A DNA stretch of 64,000 bases from Pirellulales bacterium (lineage in GTDB: Bacteria; Planctomycetota; Planctomycetia; Pirellulales; PALSA-1355). Position numbers and translations under genes: made by a program. The notes under the pieces are model-generated. The model saw nothing but the letters and a program-made list of their open reading frames with translations. It did not search any database and was not told where the DNA came from. Location: the NCBI GenBank assembly GCA_963733035.1, contig CAVTBU010000007.1, positions 544,001-608,000 on the forward strand. The letters are read 5' to 3'. Position 1 is the first letter of the stretch; each line of letters begins with the position of its first letter. Below, one piece after another: positions 52,684-62,717 of the stretch.

Positions 52684-54690
52684 CTATTTCTTCCGTGTGG
52701 CGAGCGACACGACCACCAGCACGAGGAAGCCGAGCGGTATGGTGACGATGCCTGGCTGGCTGAACGGCACGGGGGCACGCTCGGCCGGCAGGCCGTATAC
52801 GGCGGTGTAGGTATCGCCGCTTAGCAGGATCCAGGCCAGCGAGGCGGTCATGCCGACCAGGATCGCGGCCGTGATCCCTTGCCGCGTGGTCCCCTTCCAG
52901 AACAGCAGCATCACCAGCGACGGCAAATTGGCACTGGCCGCGACGCTAAACGCCCAGCCGACCAGAAAGCTGACGTTCATCCGCTGAAACACGATGCCCA
53001 GCACAATGGCCAGCACGCCCACCACGGCCGCCGTCAACTTGCCGGCCCGCACCTTCTCGTGGTCGGTCAACTGCAAGCGGCCCACGCTGGTGAGCAGGTC
53101 GTGCACGACCGCGCCGGCGGCCGCCACGATCAATCCGCTCACCGTGCCGAGCACGGTGGTGAAGGCAATGGCCGAAATCATGGCGAACAGCAGCGGCCCA
53201 AAACTCTTGGCCAACAGCGGCGCGGCCATGTTGTTGTTGGAACTCGTCGGATCGATCACGCCGCTGGTCATTGCCCCCAGCCCCAAGAACAGCGTGAGCA
53301 GATAGAAGAACCCAATGCTGCCGATGCCCACCACCGTGCTCTTGCGGGCGGCGGCCTGGTCTTTAACCGTGTAGTAGCGAATGAGGATATGCGGCAGCGA
53401 CGCCGTGCCGCCGAACAGCGCCAGCATCAGCGACAGGAAGTTGAGCTTGGGAATCAGCGCGTTGCCGCGGATGCCGTTGAACGTGGGGCTCTTGCCGGGC
53501 AACAATACGTCGCTACCGGCCGTAAGCTCGGGATAGTAGATCGTGGTCGTGCCCGCCCCGCCCTCGAGACCAGCGGCAATCTTCCGCGGGTCCTGCTTCC
53601 ACAGCAGGATCTGGCTGCCTTCGAGCGTGCGAAAGAACGAGATCGGCCCCAGCGGACCGGTTTGCGTGGCGCCGCCGGGCAGCCGTTCGATATTGCCGAC
53701 GGGAAAGAAGTCGGTTTCGCCTTGACCAGTTCCATGCGGCAGCCCGTTGACGAGCCGCTGACCGTCGGGCAGCACGGTGAGGGTTTGGGTTTCGTAGTAG
53801 CGGACGAGGTGCCGGTCAACCGCTGGTCTCCCCGCATCGTTGTCGTTCACGACCGCGTCTTCGGCGACGGGCGACTCATGCCAGACGGTTACAACGCCGG
53901 TCTTCAAATCGCGCGTGCGGAGATAGTGAGTGTCATTCCAGGCGCCGCCGGCCGGCAGGAGTTCGACGCCGTCGAGTCCCAGTTCGGCCGGCGTGAGCGC
54001 TGCAGTTGGCGACGAGAACGGTACGGAATTGGTCAGCCGCGGCACGTGAAAGCCGGGGTTGGTCGGCTGTGTGGAGAGTCCACGGTTGAGAATCAGCAGG
54101 GTGAGGATGGCGCTGAACACCACCAGCAGCGAACCTTTAAGGAACTGTACGTAGGTCGTGGAGACCATGCCCGCGGTAACAACGATCAGCATCACCACGG
54201 CGCCCACCATCGTCACGCCGACCCAATGCGGCAGTCCCAAAAGTGGCGTCACCAACGCGCCGGCACCAACCATCTGCGGAATGAGGTAAAAGATGCTGAC
54301 GGCCAGCGTGCTGATGCCGGCCGAAAGCTTGATGGCCCGCGATTGGAAGCGGCTGTCGAGCGCGTCGGCAAACGTGTAGCGGCCAAGTCGTTTGAGGGGT
54401 TCGGCGACGACGAACAGCGCCACGATCCAACCGGCCAGGTAGCCGATCGAATAGAGAAAGCCGTCGTAGCCATAGGAAGCGATCATGCCACAGATGCCCA
54501 GAAACGATGCGGCCGAGAGATAGTCGCCGGCAAACGCCACGCCGTTGACAAACCAGTGAATCGAGCCGCCTGCGGCAAAATAGCCAGCTGCCGAACGCGT
54601 GCGGGCAGCGAAGTAAAAGCTCAAACCGAGCGTAATGGCGACGAACGCGGCGAAGACCGCGACGGCCAGCACCGAGGGCGTGTAGATCAT
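52684..54690 (-). CDS. actP: Cation/acetate symporter (ActP-like, SSS family) with a large extracytoplasmic insert
   Basis: AGDYLSAASFLG, YLIPQMVGAG, GTASLPHILIRYYTV, AASANLP. Confidence 0.88.
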   Translation of the reverse strand: MIYTPSVLAVAVFAAFVAITLGLSFYFAARTRSAAGYFAAGGSIHWFVNGVAFAGDYLSAASFLGICGMIASYGYDGFLYSIGYLAGWIVALFVVAEPLKRLGRYTFADALDSRFQSRAIKLSAGISTLAVSIFYLIPQMVGAGALVTPLLGLPHWVGVTMVGAVVMLIVVTAGMVSTTYVQFLKGSLLVVFSAILTLLILNRGLSTQPTNPGFHVPRLTNSVPFSSPTAALTPAELGLDGVELLPAGGAWNDTHYLRTRDLKTGVVTVWHESPVAEDAVVNDNDAGRPAVDRHLVRYYETQTLTVLPDGQRLVNGLPHGTGQGETDFFPVGNIERLPGGATQTGPLGPISFFRTLEGSQILLWKQDPRKIAAGLEGGAGTTTIYYPELTAGSDVLLPGKSPTFNGIRGNALIPKLNFLSLMLALFGGTASLPHILIRYYTVKDQAAARKSTVVGIGSIGFFYLLTLFLGLGAMTSGVIDPTSSNNNMAAPLLAKSFGPLLFAMISAIAFTTVLGTVSGLIVAAAGAVVHDLLTSVGRLQLTDHEKVRAGKLTAAVVGVLAIVLGIVFQRMNVSFLVGWAFSVAASANLPSLVMLLFWKGTTRQGITAAILVGMTASLAWILLSGDTYTAVYGLPAERAPVPFSQPGIVTIPLGFLVLVVVSLATRKK

Positions 54691-54959
54691 GTCTCGCCTC
54701 GCGCGCGGCACAACCAGCTATAGACAAGCGAAAGGAGCAGTGCGAGCCCGAGCAGACCGAATCCGCTCCAGATGGCCAGGTTGATGCCTGCCCAGGGGCG
54801 CGTCGCCATCGTCTGGGGCGAGAACACGCAAGTCAGCACAAAGGCGGTGTAGCAAGCCGTGTACGCGACAAACAGAATCATGCCCACCCGCGCATTGCGG
54901 CGGGCGATGTGCGGCGCGTCGTCGACTGACGAATCATCGCCGTGATCCCAGTGGGACAT
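54687..54959 (-). CDS. DUF485 (YjcH-like) membrane protein
   Basis: Two TM segments; overlaps the actP start, which is the usual pairing. Confidence 0.85.
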   Translation of the reverse strand: MSHWDHGDDSSVDDAPHIARRNARVGMILFVAYTACYTAFVLTCVFSPQTMATRPWAGINLAIWSGFGLLGLALLLSLVYSWLCRARGET

Positions 54960-55167
54960 GGTGGCTGCCTGGGGTTCGGGAGCGGGTTGGATGGCAATAA
55001 GCTAATGCGAGACGCGACCCGTTGCTAGTGGTTGAGCAAAGGGAGCGAAAGATGTGGGAATGCGGGCACAAATCGCGGGCCTGCTACTTTTGGCGAACCC
55101 CTAGCCGCCACGGCCGCTCTTACCTACGCTAGCCTGGGACGACCTGCCGCCAGCCACGTTGACGCCC

Positions 55168-56385
55168 ATGACCACCCTTACCGAGCCAGTACCTGCAACG
55201 CGCCGCGAGACGGTGCTGGCGATCCTGTTCGCTCTGAGCCTCTCGCACCTGCTCAACGACTCGATGCAGTCGCTGTTGCCGGCCGTCTATCCGCTGCTCA
55301 AGGAGAACTACCGGCTCAGCTTCTTTCAGGTGGGGCTGATCACGTTCACGTTCCAGCTCACCGCGTCGCTATTACAACCGCTGGTGGGCATGTTCACCGA
55401 TCGCCATCCGCAGCCCTTTTCGCTGGCCGCCGGCATGTGCTTTACACTAGTGGGGCTGGTGTCGCTCGGATTGGCCGGCAGCTTTGAAGCGATCCTGGTT
55501 TCGGCCGGACTGGTCGGCATCGGTTCGTCCGTGTTCCATCCCGAGGCATCGCGCGTGGCGCGGCTGGCTTCGGGCGGCAGGTACGGCTTCGCCCAATCGC
55601 TGTTTCAAGTGGGGGGCAACGCCGGTTCGTCGCTGGGGCCGCTGCTGGCGGCATTCATCGTCGTGCCGTGGGGACAAGCGAGCCTGGCCTGGTGCTCGGT
55701 GGGCGCAATGCTGGGCATCGGCGTGTTGTCGTATGTCGGAGGCTGGTACCGGGCGCACTTGTCAGAGTTGAAGCTGCGACCGGCGCCGACCGTGGAGATG
55801 GTACGCCAGGCGCTTTCGCCGTGGCGCGTGCGCGGGGCGATCAGCGTGCTGCTGCTCTTGGTGTTCTCCAAGTACTTCTACCTGGTAAGCCTGAGCAGCT
55901 ACTACACGTTCTATCTGATCGACAAATTCGGGGTGTCTGTGCCCACAGCTCAGTTGTATCTGTTCGTGTTCCTAGGCTCGGTCGCCGCCGGCACGTTCGC
56001 CGGCGGACCGGTGGGCGATCGAATCGGTTTCAAAGCCGTGATCTGGGTTTCGATCCTGGGCGTGCTGCCGTTCACACTGGCGTTGCCGTATGCCAATCTG
56101 TTTTGGACCGCGGTGCTCACCGTGCCGATCGGCCTGATTCTGGCATCCGCTTTCTCGGCAATCATCGTCTATGCGCAGGAACTCGTGCCAAGCCGCGTGG
56201 GCATGATTGCCGGCATGTTCTTCGGCTTCGCCTTTGGCATGGCCGGCGTCGGCGCCGCCGTGCTCGGCTGGATGGCCGACCGCTGGGGCATCGACTTTGT
56301 GTACCAGGTCTGTTCCTATTTGCCACTGATGGGACTACTGACCGGGCTACTTCCGAAGCTGGAGGGCCATAGGCATCCGCATTGA
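55168..56385 (+). CDS. fsr: Fosmidomycin-resistance-type MFS transporter
   Basis: SHLLNDSMQSL, SSVFHPEASRVAR, AQSLFQVGGN, SAFSAIIVYAQEL. Confidence 0.88.
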   Translation: MTTLTEPVPATRRETVLAILFALSLSHLLNDSMQSLLPAVYPLLKENYRLSFFQVGLITFTFQLTASLLQPLVGMFTDRHPQPFSLAAGMCFTLVGLVSLGLAGSFEAILVSAGLVGIGSSVFHPEASRVARLASGGRYGFAQSLFQVGGNAGSSLGPLLAAFIVVPWGQASLAWCSVGAMLGIGVLSYVGGWYRAHLSELKLRPAPTVEMVRQALSPWRVRGAISVLLLLVFSKYFYLVSLSSYYTFYLIDKFGVSVPTAQLYLFVFLGSVAAGTFAGGPVGDRIGFKAVIWVSILGVLPFTLALPYANLFWTAVLTVPIGLILASAFSAIIVYAQELVPSRVGMIAGMFFGFAFGMAGVGAAVLGWMADRWGIDFVYQVCSYLPLMGLLTGLLPKLEGHRHPH

Positions 56386-56493
56386 TGTGTGGGCGAGAGT
56401 TGCCAAGTGGTGGCGGCTTTGGGGGCGATCGTGATTCAGACCGATTGTGGGCTAAACTTTCTTGAACACCGTTGCTTATCGTAAGATGTGGTC

Positions 56494-57402
56494 ATGAAGC
56501 CGGAACCTGCCAGCACTGAGAAGACAGCAAGCGCCCAGCGGATGATGCTGCTCGTGTTGGCCGCCATGGAACGCGCGGAGATGGCCACTGAAGTCGAGCG
56601 GTTGACCCCCTTGATCAAAGCGCATGCCGACATAATCATCCGAGACTTGGGCTCCAGTGACGACTTGTCGCTTTTGGACTTCGACCTGGCCGTGGTACTT
56701 GGCGGCGACGGCTCGATGTTGCGGGCTGCCCATCAAATGGGAAGCCGCCAGCGACCGGTGCTAGGGGTGAACCTGGGGAAGTTGGGTTTCCTGGCCGATC
56801 TTTCGCCCGACGAGTTTCTGGCTCAGTTGCCGACGATTGCGTCGGGTCGGATCGGTTCATCGGAAGTGCCCGTGACGGATCACTTGATGTATGAATGCAG
56901 CGTGTGGCGCCACGGGAAGACACTCGAGCAATTGTCGGGCCTGAACGAAGTGGCTGTGCTGGCCGGTCCACCCTTCGCGCTGTTGGACATCGATCTCTAC
57001 GTTGACTCAGAATTGGTCACTACCTATAGTTGCGACGGCTTAATCGTCAGCACGCCGGTGGGGTCGACCGCCCATAGTTTGTCGGCGGGCGGACCGATCT
57101 TGCGACAGGATTTACAAGCGTTCGTCATCTGCCCAATCAGCCCGCATACGCTCACCAATCGACCTGTGGTCGATTCGGCCGAGCGGGTCTACGAGTTGGT
57201 GGTTCGCGAGCCGCATCCCGGTACGACGCTGGTCGCGGACGGCCGGCCGATGTGCTGCCTCGAATCAGGAGATCGCGTGCGGGTGGAACGCTCGGAGGCA
57301 CGATTTCAACTGGTCGCGTTTCCGGGTCACACGTACTATCGAACGCTGCGAGAGAAGCTGGGCTGGGGAGGCCGATTGGCGGGAAAGAGGACGAGCGGCT
57401 GA
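56494..57402 (+). CDS. nadK: NAD+ kinase
   Basis: LGGDGSML, NLGKLGFL, LNE, DGLIVSTPVGSTAHSLSAGGP. Confidence 0.95.
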   Translation: MKPEPASTEKTASAQRMMLLVLAAMERAEMATEVERLTPLIKAHADIIIRDLGSSDDLSLLDFDLAVVLGGDGSMLRAAHQMGSRQRPVLGVNLGKLGFLADLSPDEFLAQLPTIASGRIGSSEVPVTDHLMYECSVWRHGKTLEQLSGLNEVAVLAGPPFALLDIDLYVDSELVTTYSCDGLIVSTPVGSTAHSLSAGGPILRQDLQAFVICPISPHTLTNRPVVDSAERVYELVVREPHPGTTLVADGRPMCCLESGDRVRVERSEARFQLVAFPGHTYYRTLREKLGWGGRLAGKRTSG

Positions 57403-57504
57403 AGGCTTGAATGCCTCGGCGGTGTATCCCGACCAACTCGAAATCTCCTCGGTTCCGGCATGGAACGTTCCCGCCAAAACACATTCCTCGAAAGGACGCG
57501 AGTG

Positions 57505-58449
57505 ATGTCGAAGCTCTCCCCCCCTGCCCGAATTTGGGCGACGTTGCTGGTCGTAGTGAGCGGACTCGGGCTTCCGCATTTCCTAAGAGCTGACGATGCG
57601 GCTTCCCCGGCGAAGGCCGACGCGACTACCAACAGCCAGAAGTACGACCTCAAATACAAGTTTAAGCCCGGTGAGGTCCTGACGACCGAAGTGGTGCATC
57701 GGGCCAGCGTTCGAACCACGATTCAGGGGACCACGCAAACCGCTGAGACGCAAAGCAAATCGATCAAGTCGTGGAAGGTCGAGGGAGTCGACGAGACCGG
57801 CGCTGCGACGTTTACACACGTCGTCGACGACATTGAAATGTGGCAGCGCAATAGCGGCCGCCAGGAGGTGCGATACAACAGTCAAAGTGACGAAGCAGTG
57901 CCGCCCGGCTATGAGGAAGTAGCCAAGAGCGTGGGCGTGCCGCTTTCGGTTGTGACCATGGATCCGCGTGGCACGATCCTCAGTCGCAAGGAGACGCGCG
58001 CCCAGCCGATGGGCGTATCCACACAGATGACGATGCCCCTGGCGGATCATCCGATAGCCATTGGCGAAAGCTGGTCGATGCCGATCGATATCGACGTCAC
58101 GCTGACCGATGGTTCGATGAAGAAGGTGAAAACGCGACAGAAGTTTACGCTTGAGAGCGTGGAAGAGGGAATCGCGAAGGTGAAAGTTGACTCGCAAGTG
58201 CTCACGCCGATTCACGATCCGTCGATCGAAGCTCAACTTGTGCAGCGGATGTCCGACGGCTGGGTAAAGTTCGACATCGCGAATGGCCGCGTGCTCTCGC
58301 AACAACTCGATCTCGATAAACACGTGATCGGCTTCAACGGTCCGACGAGCAGCATGCACTATGTGACACGGTTCACCGAAAGGCTCCTCGATGAATCCGA
58401 GGTCAACGCCGCTACCGCCAAGCGCGGCGATTCGAAAAAACGTTCGTAG
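57505..58449 (+). CDS. Secreted hypothetical protein
   Basis: Signal peptide; YDLKYKFKPGE, IGESWS, FDIANGRV beta-rich pattern. Confidence 0.75.
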   Translation: MSKLSPPARIWATLLVVVSGLGLPHFLRADDAASPAKADATTNSQKYDLKYKFKPGEVLTTEVVHRASVRTTIQGTTQTAETQSKSIKSWKVEGVDETGAATFTHVVDDIEMWQRNSGRQEVRYNSQSDEAVPPGYEEVAKSVGVPLSVVTMDPRGTILSRKETRAQPMGVSTQMTMPLADHPIAIGESWSMPIDIDVTLTDGSMKKVKTRQKFTLESVEEGIAKVKVDSQVLTPIHDPSIEAQLVQRMSDGWVKFDIANGRVLSQQLDLDKHVIGFNGPTSSMHYVTRFTERLLDESEVNAATAKRGDSKKRS

Positions 58450-58523
58450 GGACGGCCGACGTACGTCGTGACAGCGAAGCCGGATTTTCCCCCGATCGAT
58501 GTCGAAGCGCGGTCTTTCGTAAT

Positions 58524-59280
58524 TCAAGTCCGGCTTCGCCCGTTCGACAGGTGTTTTTCGATGCTGAGTCCCATGCTTCGCAGCTTCGCGCGCAATGTGG
58601 TGCGCGAAATTCCCAGCAGCGCGGCCGCCTGCAGCTGATTGCCTTTCGCATAGCCCAGTGCTTCTTGCAGCACGACTTCGTCGACCATTGAAATGATTCG
58701 GCGGTAGGCTCCACCCGGCTCGGTATCGAGCAGTTCGCGAGCGAGGCGCAAGAGCGGGTAGTTCGACACGGTGGTTCGAGCGGTCCGTGACAGCGATGTC
58801 TGTGAAAAGCGGGCTTGCTGGAAAGCGATCGAGTGGAAGCACATCGCCAGCCGCCATCGTGTCATCGTCGGCGTCAGCGTCCGCTGACAAAGCGCCAACG
58901 TTGCTCGGCGTCGATCGGCTCAGGTGAGCAACTTTGATTGCGCGGTCTACCACGCCGCGTAACCGACCCGTGTCGATGGGCTTGACGACGTAGTCGAACG
59001 CTCCGCGTCTCATCGCCTCGATCGCCGTATCGGTATGTTCAGAGGCAGTGATCACTATCACAGGTAACTCTGGCAGCATGCGTCGAATTCGATCGTAGGC
59101 CGCTAATCCGTCCGGCAATGTCAAATCCACGAGAACTACATCGGGCCTTTTGGCCTGCACGATTTTGATGGCATCATGCGGCGTGTGACACGACGTGATG
59201 TGTACCTTTCGCGTACACGAAAGCTCTGTGCACGCTTTCAAGCTACCGCTTTCATCGTCGACAACAAGAATTCGAGGCAT
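58524..59280 (-). CDS. NtrC-like response regulator (receiver plus Fis HTH) without the AAA+ domain; frameshift between about 58770 and 58850
   Basis: ILVVDDE, DVVLVDL, AMRRGAFDYVVKP in one frame; GNQLQAAALLGISRTTLRAKL in another. Confidence 0.75.
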
Positions 59281-59350
59281 GGTAAACGCGAGCTCAAAGA
59301 GCGATATTTCCTTCCGTGAAATCGCCCGATCGCGGTCACAACGAGCGTTT

Positions 59351-59380
59351 AATGTTCATTATAATGATCATAGTAATCAT
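59351..59380. promoter_or_regulatory. AT-rich palindrome, possible repressor site
   Basis: Perfect dyad TCATTATAATGA (59356-59367) within AATGTTCATTATAATGATCATAGTAATCAT. Confidence 0.35.
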
Positions 59381-59866
59381 GTATTGACTGGCTTTCCTGA
59401 GCACAGTGTGCACATCTGCACGCGGTGTCAGGCTGCCAATGCGCGGACCGCTTACGTGGCTTTGCAAATTGCCGCCCCGGTCGTTTTCGAGGGCTTTTTG
59501 CTCATCGCCAGGCCCTCATCGTGCGACGTCAGCGACGAAAAGCGAGCTCCCATCGCTGCGCGGCTTGGGATGCATGGACCTTTGTCTTGTACACCTCGGT
59601 TTCGACGGATACCACTGGCAATGCATTACAAGTGCGTCAGGTAGCGCGTCAGGCATTTCGCTTGCCGGATAGAATTTGTACATAGGGGATGATGGAGAAC
59701 CGTCGAACATTTACCGCCTCGACGCAACTAAGAGCGATGATCGCAGCGTGACGGAAACCTACGACCTGCTAGCGAGGATGTTTCTCGGTAGACAAGCTGA
59801 CCGGCGAGGGCGACATTGCAAGGACCGTGCCGGAGCAGCGTGGCATCGACCGCGTGGTTCGAGCTC

Positions 59867-59881
59867 TGGCACGGCACTCGC
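59867..59881 (+). promoter_or_regulatory. Sigma-54 promoter upstream of sbtA
   Basis: TGGCAC-GGCAC-TCGC has correct GG-N10-GC spacing, about 87 nt before the ATG. Confidence 0.55.
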
Positions 59882-59967
59882 CCGTTTTCGCGTTTCCGCA
59901 TGTAGCAAACTAATGCATCGATTGGCGGAATTCACCGCCAATCATTTGAGACGATTAAGGAGCTGCG

Positions 59968-61278
59968 ATGACCGACTTGCTTAACGAATTCGTCCACAAC
60001 GTTACGCATAATCTTTTCAAGCCCTTGCTATTGTTCTTTTACATGGGCTTTTTGATTCCGGTTCTTCGCGTCTCGTTTGAGTTTCCCTACGTCATCTACC
60101 AGGGACTCACGATGTATCTGCTGATTGCCATCGGTTGGCATGGCGGCGAAGAGTTGGCCAAATTGCCAATATCTTCACTGGGAGAAGCGCTCGGGTTGAT
60201 GGTGATTGGTTTCATTACGAACTTCTGTATTGGGTTTATCGCCTACCAGTGGCTGCGCCGTGGAACGAACTTGCGAAAACTCGACGCTGCTACGGTGGCT
60301 GGATACTACGGATCGGATTCAGCCGGTACTTTCGTAACCTGCGTAGGCGTGTTGACGACGGTTGGAATTGCTTACGATGCCTACATGCCCGTCATGCTCG
60401 CCGTCATGGAGATCCCCGGTTGCCTCGTGGCGCTCTCGTTGGCCGCCCGCCTTCGCAGAAAGGGGCTGGACGCAAACGGCAATGCCTGGGATGAGCCAGG
60501 TTACGAGGGCCGTGCGGTAGCGGCTGTGGCGCAGCATGGGTCGGCCGCGCGGGTTCATCAGACTGCCGCTTCAGGAACTGGTGGCAGGGGACACGGAAGT
60601 GCGACTGCCGTAGCCGAAAACGGCCATGATTCTCACCACGCCGGGAGCGACGACGAGCACCACCGCCAGGTGGAACTCGAAACAGAAATGGCACTCGAGA
60701 AAATCGAGGGGCACGATCCAGAGTCGGATCAAGCTTCTTCCGGTGGCTTCCTCAGCGCGGAGCTTCTGCACGAAGTGTTCTTGAACCCGGGGATCTATCT
60801 GTTGTTTGGGGGCATCGCCATTGGGTTCTTCAGTCAGCTCCAAGGCCAAGCTGTGACGGAGGCGGATGACAAACTATTTGTCGTGCTGTTCCAAGGTATT
60901 TTGTGTCTGTTCTTGCTCGAGATGGGGATAACGGCTTCGAAGCGACTACGCGACCTGCAGTCCGCTGGGTGGAAGTTTATTGTGTTCGGGGTCGCCGCAC
61001 CGAACCTGTTTGCTTCGATCGGCATGTGCGTCCTGCATGTATATGCGATCGCGCTAGGATCGCCGTTCGAATTGGGAACGTACGTGCTGTTTGCCGTCCT
61101 CTGTGCCGCGGCCTCTTATATCGCAGTTCCTGCAGTGCAGCGGTTGGCAATTCCAGAGGCGAGTCCCACGTTGCCGCTGGCCGCCTCGCTTGGCCTGACC
61201 TTTACCTACAACGTGACGATTGGGATTCCAGTTTATATTCTGATCGCCAAGGCCATTACCCAGAACTTCCCCGTGTGA
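59968..61278 (+). CDS. sbtA: Sodium-dependent bicarbonate transporter (SbtA family)
   Basis: RBS AAGGAG; YLLIAIGWHGG, AGYYGSDSAGTF, AVMEIPG, LFLLEMG, ASYIAVPA, LTFTYN. Confidence 0.9.
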   Translation: MTDLLNEFVHNVTHNLFKPLLLFFYMGFLIPVLRVSFEFPYVIYQGLTMYLLIAIGWHGGEELAKLPISSLGEALGLMVIGFITNFCIGFIAYQWLRRGTNLRKLDAATVAGYYGSDSAGTFVTCVGVLTTVGIAYDAYMPVMLAVMEIPGCLVALSLAARLRRKGLDANGNAWDEPGYEGRAVAAVAQHGSAARVHQTAASGTGGRGHGSATAVAENGHDSHHAGSDDEHHRQVELETEMALEKIEGHDPESDQASSGGFLSAELLHEVFLNPGIYLLFGGIAIGFFSQLQGQAVTEADDKLFVVLFQGILCLFLLEMGITASKRLRDLQSAGWKFIVFGVAAPNLFASIGMCVLHVYAIALGSPFELGTYVLFAVLCAAASYIAVPAVQRLAIPEASPTLPLAASLGLTFTYNVTIGIPVYILIAKAITQNFPV

Positions 61279-61300
61279 GTTTAGTGAATTGGGTCAGCAT

Positions 61301-62521
61301 TCATTGAGGGCAGGCTTCCGAAGCATCATGTGCAGCATCGGACACGACGCGCTTCGCCAGGATTGCGATGACTTGCCTCGCGACGCGGGTGATCAGCAGC
61401 GTATACGGACGCGCCCCGACTGAGTTTAGTGACTTCCGAATTTGCGACGGGTCATAGTTCACGCCCCGTACTTTGATTTCCAACGGCCCTGCTTCGCAAT
61501 CGCGGAGCAGGGCTCTTATTTTCTTCAGGTTGAAGGGAATCATGGCGGTGACTTCGAAGCAGGAGAGAAGTGGTTCGGCGACCGGCTTCGGACCGGTCCA
61601 GTAGGCGATTCCAGCGGCAACGGCCGCAAGGTTATGTTTCGCGGCTAAGGCCTGGCTCAGTTTGGCGGCGAGCACTGCGGCATCTGGTTCAAAAATGAAA
61701 CGGTCAATCGTCGGGGCTAGTGGCACTGCTTCGCCCGGTTGGCCCAAGAACGTGTGGACTTGATCGTGAGCGAAACCCAACCTCGTGGCGCGGTGCTGAC
61801 CGCGATGCTGGGCGAACTCGCCGAACCACGCCACAAGCTGGCGACATTCGCGACCGCGGCTGATCCATTCCCATTCCGCCTGCTCGCACCACGCGTTGGG
61901 CCAGCTTGCTCCGGGTGCGAGCTTAACGGCGGCGTTGGGATTCATGCCAAGCAGTTCTTCAATGGATGCCGCCGACGGTTCATGTAGTTCGACACGCGTT
62001 GTGCGACGCCCTTGCGGACGGCGATCAGGATCGATATGCCAAGCGTCACAATCGGCGAGCTTGATGGCGGCGACATCGTTGCAACGAACCACGATGTTAT
62101 TACGCGCCAGTGCGTGAACATTGGCCGCGCTGATCGTCGCGCATATCGGATCACGGTCAAATCCGATTGCCGCGCCGCAGTTGCCCAGCGACAGCAGGTC
62201 ACCGCCAATGCCGGTGCAGAGGTCGTAGATTTGTTGCCGGCCGGCGAACCGGACGGCTTTGTGCGAGGCGATAACTTCGTCGGTGGCCTGTTCGAGTCCT
62301 CGCGGCGTAAAAAACATCCGCTCCGCGGCGGCGAATTTTTCACGGCCGCGGCGACGGAGATCGATTTGTTGCAGAACAAGATGGGCGCGATCGGGCGGCA
62401 GTTGAGCCCGCAGATGCTTGAGCCGACTCGTCAGCTCGCCGGCAAGTGTCGATGCCCAGTCGAGTACATCGGCACCATCAGGGCCGGTGAGCCACCGGAC
62501 GTCTTCCAGGTTGTAAGGCAT
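61301..62521 (-). CDS. Class I SAM-dependent methyltransferase with a THUMP-like C-terminus
   Basis: GLEQAT, DLCTGIGGD, IDPDRR, VKLAPG, EPDAAVL, LEIKVRG. Confidence 0.85.
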   Translation of the reverse strand: MPYNLEDVRWLTGPDGADVLDWASTLAGELTSRLKHLRAQLPPDRAHLVLQQIDLRRRGREKFAAAERMFFTPRGLEQATDEVIASHKAVRFAGRQQIYDLCTGIGGDLLSLGNCGAAIGFDRDPICATISAANVHALARNNIVVRCNDVAAIKLADCDAWHIDPDRRPQGRRTTRVELHEPSAASIEELLGMNPNAAVKLAPGASWPNAWCEQAEWEWISRGRECRQLVAWFGEFAQHRGQHRATRLGFAHDQVHTFLGQPGEAVPLAPTIDRFIFEPDAAVLAAKLSQALAAKHNLAAVAAGIAYWTGPKPVAEPLLSCFEVTAMIPFNLKKIRALLRDCEAGPLEIKVRGVNYDPSQIRKSLNSVGARPYTLLITRVARQVIAILAKRVVSDAAHDASEACPQ

Positions 62522-62717
62522 CTGGCCCGGGTCACGCGTCGTGAAAAGGAATTTCGTGCAATCGCAAAGCGGTTGGGTCGATTTCAGCAGCCAGCGACCG
62601 TGACCTTGTGTGGGAACTTAGCCAGCCCTTGAATTTGTCGCCCGAGTCCCGATGATTACCATATTGCCCGTTGTCGGACAACGGGCCTGGTACCGTGTGC
62701 GCGAAAGGGACAGCGAA

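Noticed and set aside
57583..58520. C-terminal part of the 565-aa response regulator ORF
   Set aside because: Out-of-frame run-on after the frameshift, antisense to a real gene.
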